The notes under the pieces were generated by a model, which made no database searches, was not told where the DNA came from, and was given only the letters and a program-made list of their open reading frames with translations. A DNA stretch of 64,000 nt from the NCBI GenBank assembly GCA_036803045.1, contig DAIRVA010000001.1, forward strand, positions 833 to 64,832, given 5' to 3'. The translations under genes and the position numbers were made by a program. Position 1 is the stretch's first letter. Every line of letters starts with the position of its first letter. The DNA comes from Lysobacter sp. (GTDB lineage Bacteria; Pseudomonadota; Gammaproteobacteria; Xanthomonadales; Xanthomonadaceae). Positions 61,415 to 64,000 of this stretch are shown in pieces.

Positions 61415-62974
61415 ATGAAGAAGCTCGCACGCCGCTCCCTCTACGCCGTCGCCGTACTGCTCGCCCTGATCGGACTGGGCTGGCTGTTCGCCGACCGCCT
61501 GATGCCGGGCGCGGTGGGCGCGCCGGGGCATGCGCTGCCCGCGGTATCCGGCCAGACGCCGCTGGACCGGGCGGTGGAGCCGCAGCTGGCCGCGCATCCG
61601 GGCCAGAGCGCGGCGGTGATGATCAGCGACGGGCTGGATGCCTTCGCCCTGCGTGCGGCCACCGCGCGCGCGGCCGGCCGCAGCCTGGACCTGCAGTACT
61701 ACATGTGGCACGACGACGTCACCGGCCGCCTGCTGGGGCGCGAGCTGTGGCGGGCCGCCGAGCGCGGCGTGCGCGTGCGGCTGCTGCTCGACGACATGCA
61801 TTCCACCGGCAAGGACGCGGTGCTGGCGGCGATCGATGCCCATCCGCTGATCGAGATCCGCCTCTACAACCCGGCGCGCAACCGCAGCGGCCCGCGTCGC
61901 ATGCTGGAAATGATCGTGCGCGGGCTCAACCTCAACCACCGCATGCACAACAAGGCGTGGATCGCCGACAACCGCATCGCCATCGTCGGCGGCCGCAACA
62001 TCGGCGAGGAGTATTTCGATGCCTCGACCGAATCGAACTTCCATGATCTGGACGTGATCCTGGCCGGCCCGGTGGTGGGCCAGGGCAGCGAAATCTTCGA
62101 CACCTTCTGGAACAGCGAGGCCGTCATCCCCTTCTCCGCCATCCACAGGACCTCGCCCGACGCGCTCGCGGGGGTGCTGGCCGGTGTCGATGCCGAGAGC
62201 GAGGGACCGCAGGCCCGCAAGTACCTGCAGCGGGTCGCCCAGGACACGTCGCTCCGGTCGTACTTCAACGGCAGCGTGAATGTCCACTGGGGCGAGCGGA
62301 TGGAGCTGCTGTCCGATCCTCCGGTCAAATGGAAGGACGAATATCGCCAACAGTGGCTGGTCGAGCACCTGGCCCGGCAGATGCGCCAGACCCGGCGCCA
62401 GGCACTGCTGATCTCGCCCTACTTCGTCCCCGGCGACAACTTCACCCACGACCTGGTGGCAACGGTGGCGAGCGGCAAGGAGGTCGGGGTCATCACCAAT
62501 TCACTGGCCGCGAACGACGTGTTGGCGGTGCATGGGGGTTACTCGCGCTATCGCAAGCGCCTGCTGGCCGGCGGCGTGCGCATCCACGAGCTGCGGTCCG
62601 ACCCGGACGTGCGCACCGACACCAGCCTGCTCGGCAGCAGCGGCGCCAGCCTGCACACCAAGGCCTACGTGCTGGACGGCGAGCAGGGTTTCATCGGCTC
62701 GTTCAACATGGACCCGCGCTCGATGAAGCTGAACACCGAGATGGGCCTGCTGTTCCAGCATCCCGGCCTGGCCAGCGACCTCGCCGGGGAGTATCGGTAT
62801 CTGGCCGGTCCGGCCATGAGTTACGCGGTCGAACTGGACGGCAAGGGCAAGCTGCATTGGGTGGATGCGCGAGCCCGGCCGCCAGCCCGTCTCGACCATG
62901 AACCCGACACCCGGCTCTGGCAGCGCGCGGCGGCCACGCTGATGCGCTGGCTGCCGATCGAGTCGCAGCTGTAG
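61415..62974 (+). CDS. clsC: Phospholipase D family protein (cardiolipin synthase ClsC-like)
   Basis: Two HKD motifs: RMHNKAWIAD and LHTKAYVLD; GGRNIG; GSFNMDPRS. Confidence 0.85.
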   Translation: MKKLARRSLYAVAVLLALIGLGWLFADRLMPGAVGAPGHALPAVSGQTPLDRAVEPQLAAHPGQSAAVMISDGLDAFALRAATARAAGRSLDLQYYMWHDDVTGRLLGRELWRAAERGVRVRLLLDDMHSTGKDAVLAAIDAHPLIEIRLYNPARNRSGPRRMLEMIVRGLNLNHRMHNKAWIADNRIAIVGGRNIGEEYFDASTESNFHDLDVILAGPVVGQGSEIFDTFWNSEAVIPFSAIHRTSPDALAGVLAGVDAESEGPQARKYLQRVAQDTSLRSYFNGSVNVHWGERMELLSDPPVKWKDEYRQQWLVEHLARQMRQTRRQALLISPYFVPGDNFTHDLVATVASGKEVGVITNSLAANDVLAVHGGYSRYRKRLLAGGVRIHELRSDPDVRTDTSLLGSSGASLHTKAYVLDGEQGFIGSFNMDPRSMKLNTEMGLLFQHPGLASDLAGEYRYLAGPAMSYAVELDGKGKLHWVDARARPPARLDHEPDTRLWQRAAATLMRWLPIESQL

Positions 62975-63068
62975 GGTTTTCCACCGCGCCCGCCGTGGAC
63001 AGGCTTCCGGCATCGTCATCCGACATCGCTTACCTTGTCCGGGCTATCGACTGCCAAGGCGAACCGCG

Positions 63069-63860
63069 ATGCCCCTGCCCGCCCGCGCCCACCTCCTGCC
63101 GCTCCTGCTGCTGCTCGCCGCCTGCGCCAGCCGCCCGCCGGCCAAGGCACCCGAGTACCTGCTGCTCGGCGAGGTCCACGACAATCCGGCCGCCCATGAC
63201 GCGCGTCTCGAACTGCTGCGCGGGCGGATCGAATCGGGCTGGCGGCCGACCCTCGCGATGGAGCAGTTCGACCGCGAAAACCAGGGCGAACTCGATGCCG
63301 CTCTGCGCGAATGCCCGGATGCCGCCTGCGTGGCGAAGCGCGCCGCACCGGCGAAATCCGGCTGGCAGTGGCCACTGTACGAGCCGATCATTTCCTTGGC
63401 GATGCAATATCGGCTGCCGATCCTCGCGGCCAACCTGTCGCGGGCGGACGCAAGCCGCGTGGTCAAGTCGGGCTTTGGCGCCGCGCTGGACGGCGATCTT
63501 GTCGAACGCTATCGATTGAACCAGGACCTGCCCGCCAAGCTGCTGGCGGCACAGGTGGAAGCGGTGCGCGACGGACATTGCGGCCAACTCCCGGAAACCC
63601 TGCTTCTGCCCATGGCCAAGGCGCAGATCGCCCGCGACGTGCTGATGGCCGACACCCTGCGGCATGCACCCGGCGATGCCGCACTGATCGCGGGCAACGG
63701 CCATGCGCGGGGCGACATCGGCGTGGGTTTCTGGCTGCGACGGGCCGGCGCGATCCGAGTGCGGGCAGTGGGTTTCCTCGAAGCCCCCGGGCCGGGTTTC
63801 GACCACGCCAGCATGGTCCCCCGGTGGCCACGGCCGGACCCCTGCGCAGCGCTGCGCTAG
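63069..63860 (+). CDS. ChaN family lipoprotein
   Basis: Lipobox LAAC; LLGEVHDN, LAMEQFD, HCG.LP, QIARD..MA, LIAGNGH. Confidence 0.85.
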   Translation: MPLPARAHLLPLLLLLAACASRPPAKAPEYLLLGEVHDNPAAHDARLELLRGRIESGWRPTLAMEQFDRENQGELDAALRECPDAACVAKRAAPAKSGWQWPLYEPIISLAMQYRLPILAANLSRADASRVVKSGFGAALDGDLVERYRLNQDLPAKLLAAQVEAVRDGHCGQLPETLLLPMAKAQIARDVLMADTLRHAPGDAALIAGNGHARGDIGVGFWLRRAGAIRVRAVGFLEAPGPGFDHASMVPRWPRPDPCAALR

Positions 63861-63985
63861 TCCGCGCGGTCCCCGTGTGCAGGGCCGGGAATCCGAATGG
63901 CTTAAACTATCAGGCTTTCCCCCGACGCGGGACCGCCCGGTCCTGCCCACCTGGCGGCCCCATGCCGCGACCTGGAGCACACGCA

Positions 63986-64000
63986 ATGGTTTTCGAAACC
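63986..64000 (+). CDS. Probable start of a gene cut by the window edge (MVFET...)
   Basis: GGAG RBS followed by ATG; only 5 codons visible, so no product call. Confidence 0.3.

Overview
High-GC chromosomal window whose gene set looks like a Lysobacteraceae/Xanthomonadales bacterium (inference from gene content, not a database result). About 50 kb is ordinary core/accessory chromosome: a PqqU/YncD-like TonB receptor, fpr, many peptidases (M3, M13, two M14, S41, S66, rhomboid), a POT transporter, a cold-shock protein, a barnase/barstar-type pair, uup, selO, deaD, a histidine kinase with two receiver proteins, rluF, a membrane PQQ dehydrogenase, a bacterial TrmY homologue, icmF, clsC and ChaN. 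The notable region is a ~7.3 kb variable locus (about 50430-57780) between two convergent genes. It holds three co-oriented RAYT-like (HUH/Y1) nuclease copies (one decayed, one intact, one C-terminal remnant) bounded by inverted repeats with a shared GGGGTCAG/CTGACCCC core but element-specific inner arms. Cargo genes (esterase; SDR + secreted SurE; a lower-GC ABC-ATPase + HNH pair resembling anti-phage systems) lie between these repeats, several with stop codons next to a repeat. The adjacent 3' end of icmF shows an abrupt synonymous-codon shift. No rRNA, tRNA or CRISPR array was recognised. Start codons were chosen by eye and product calls come from recognised motifs, not searches.
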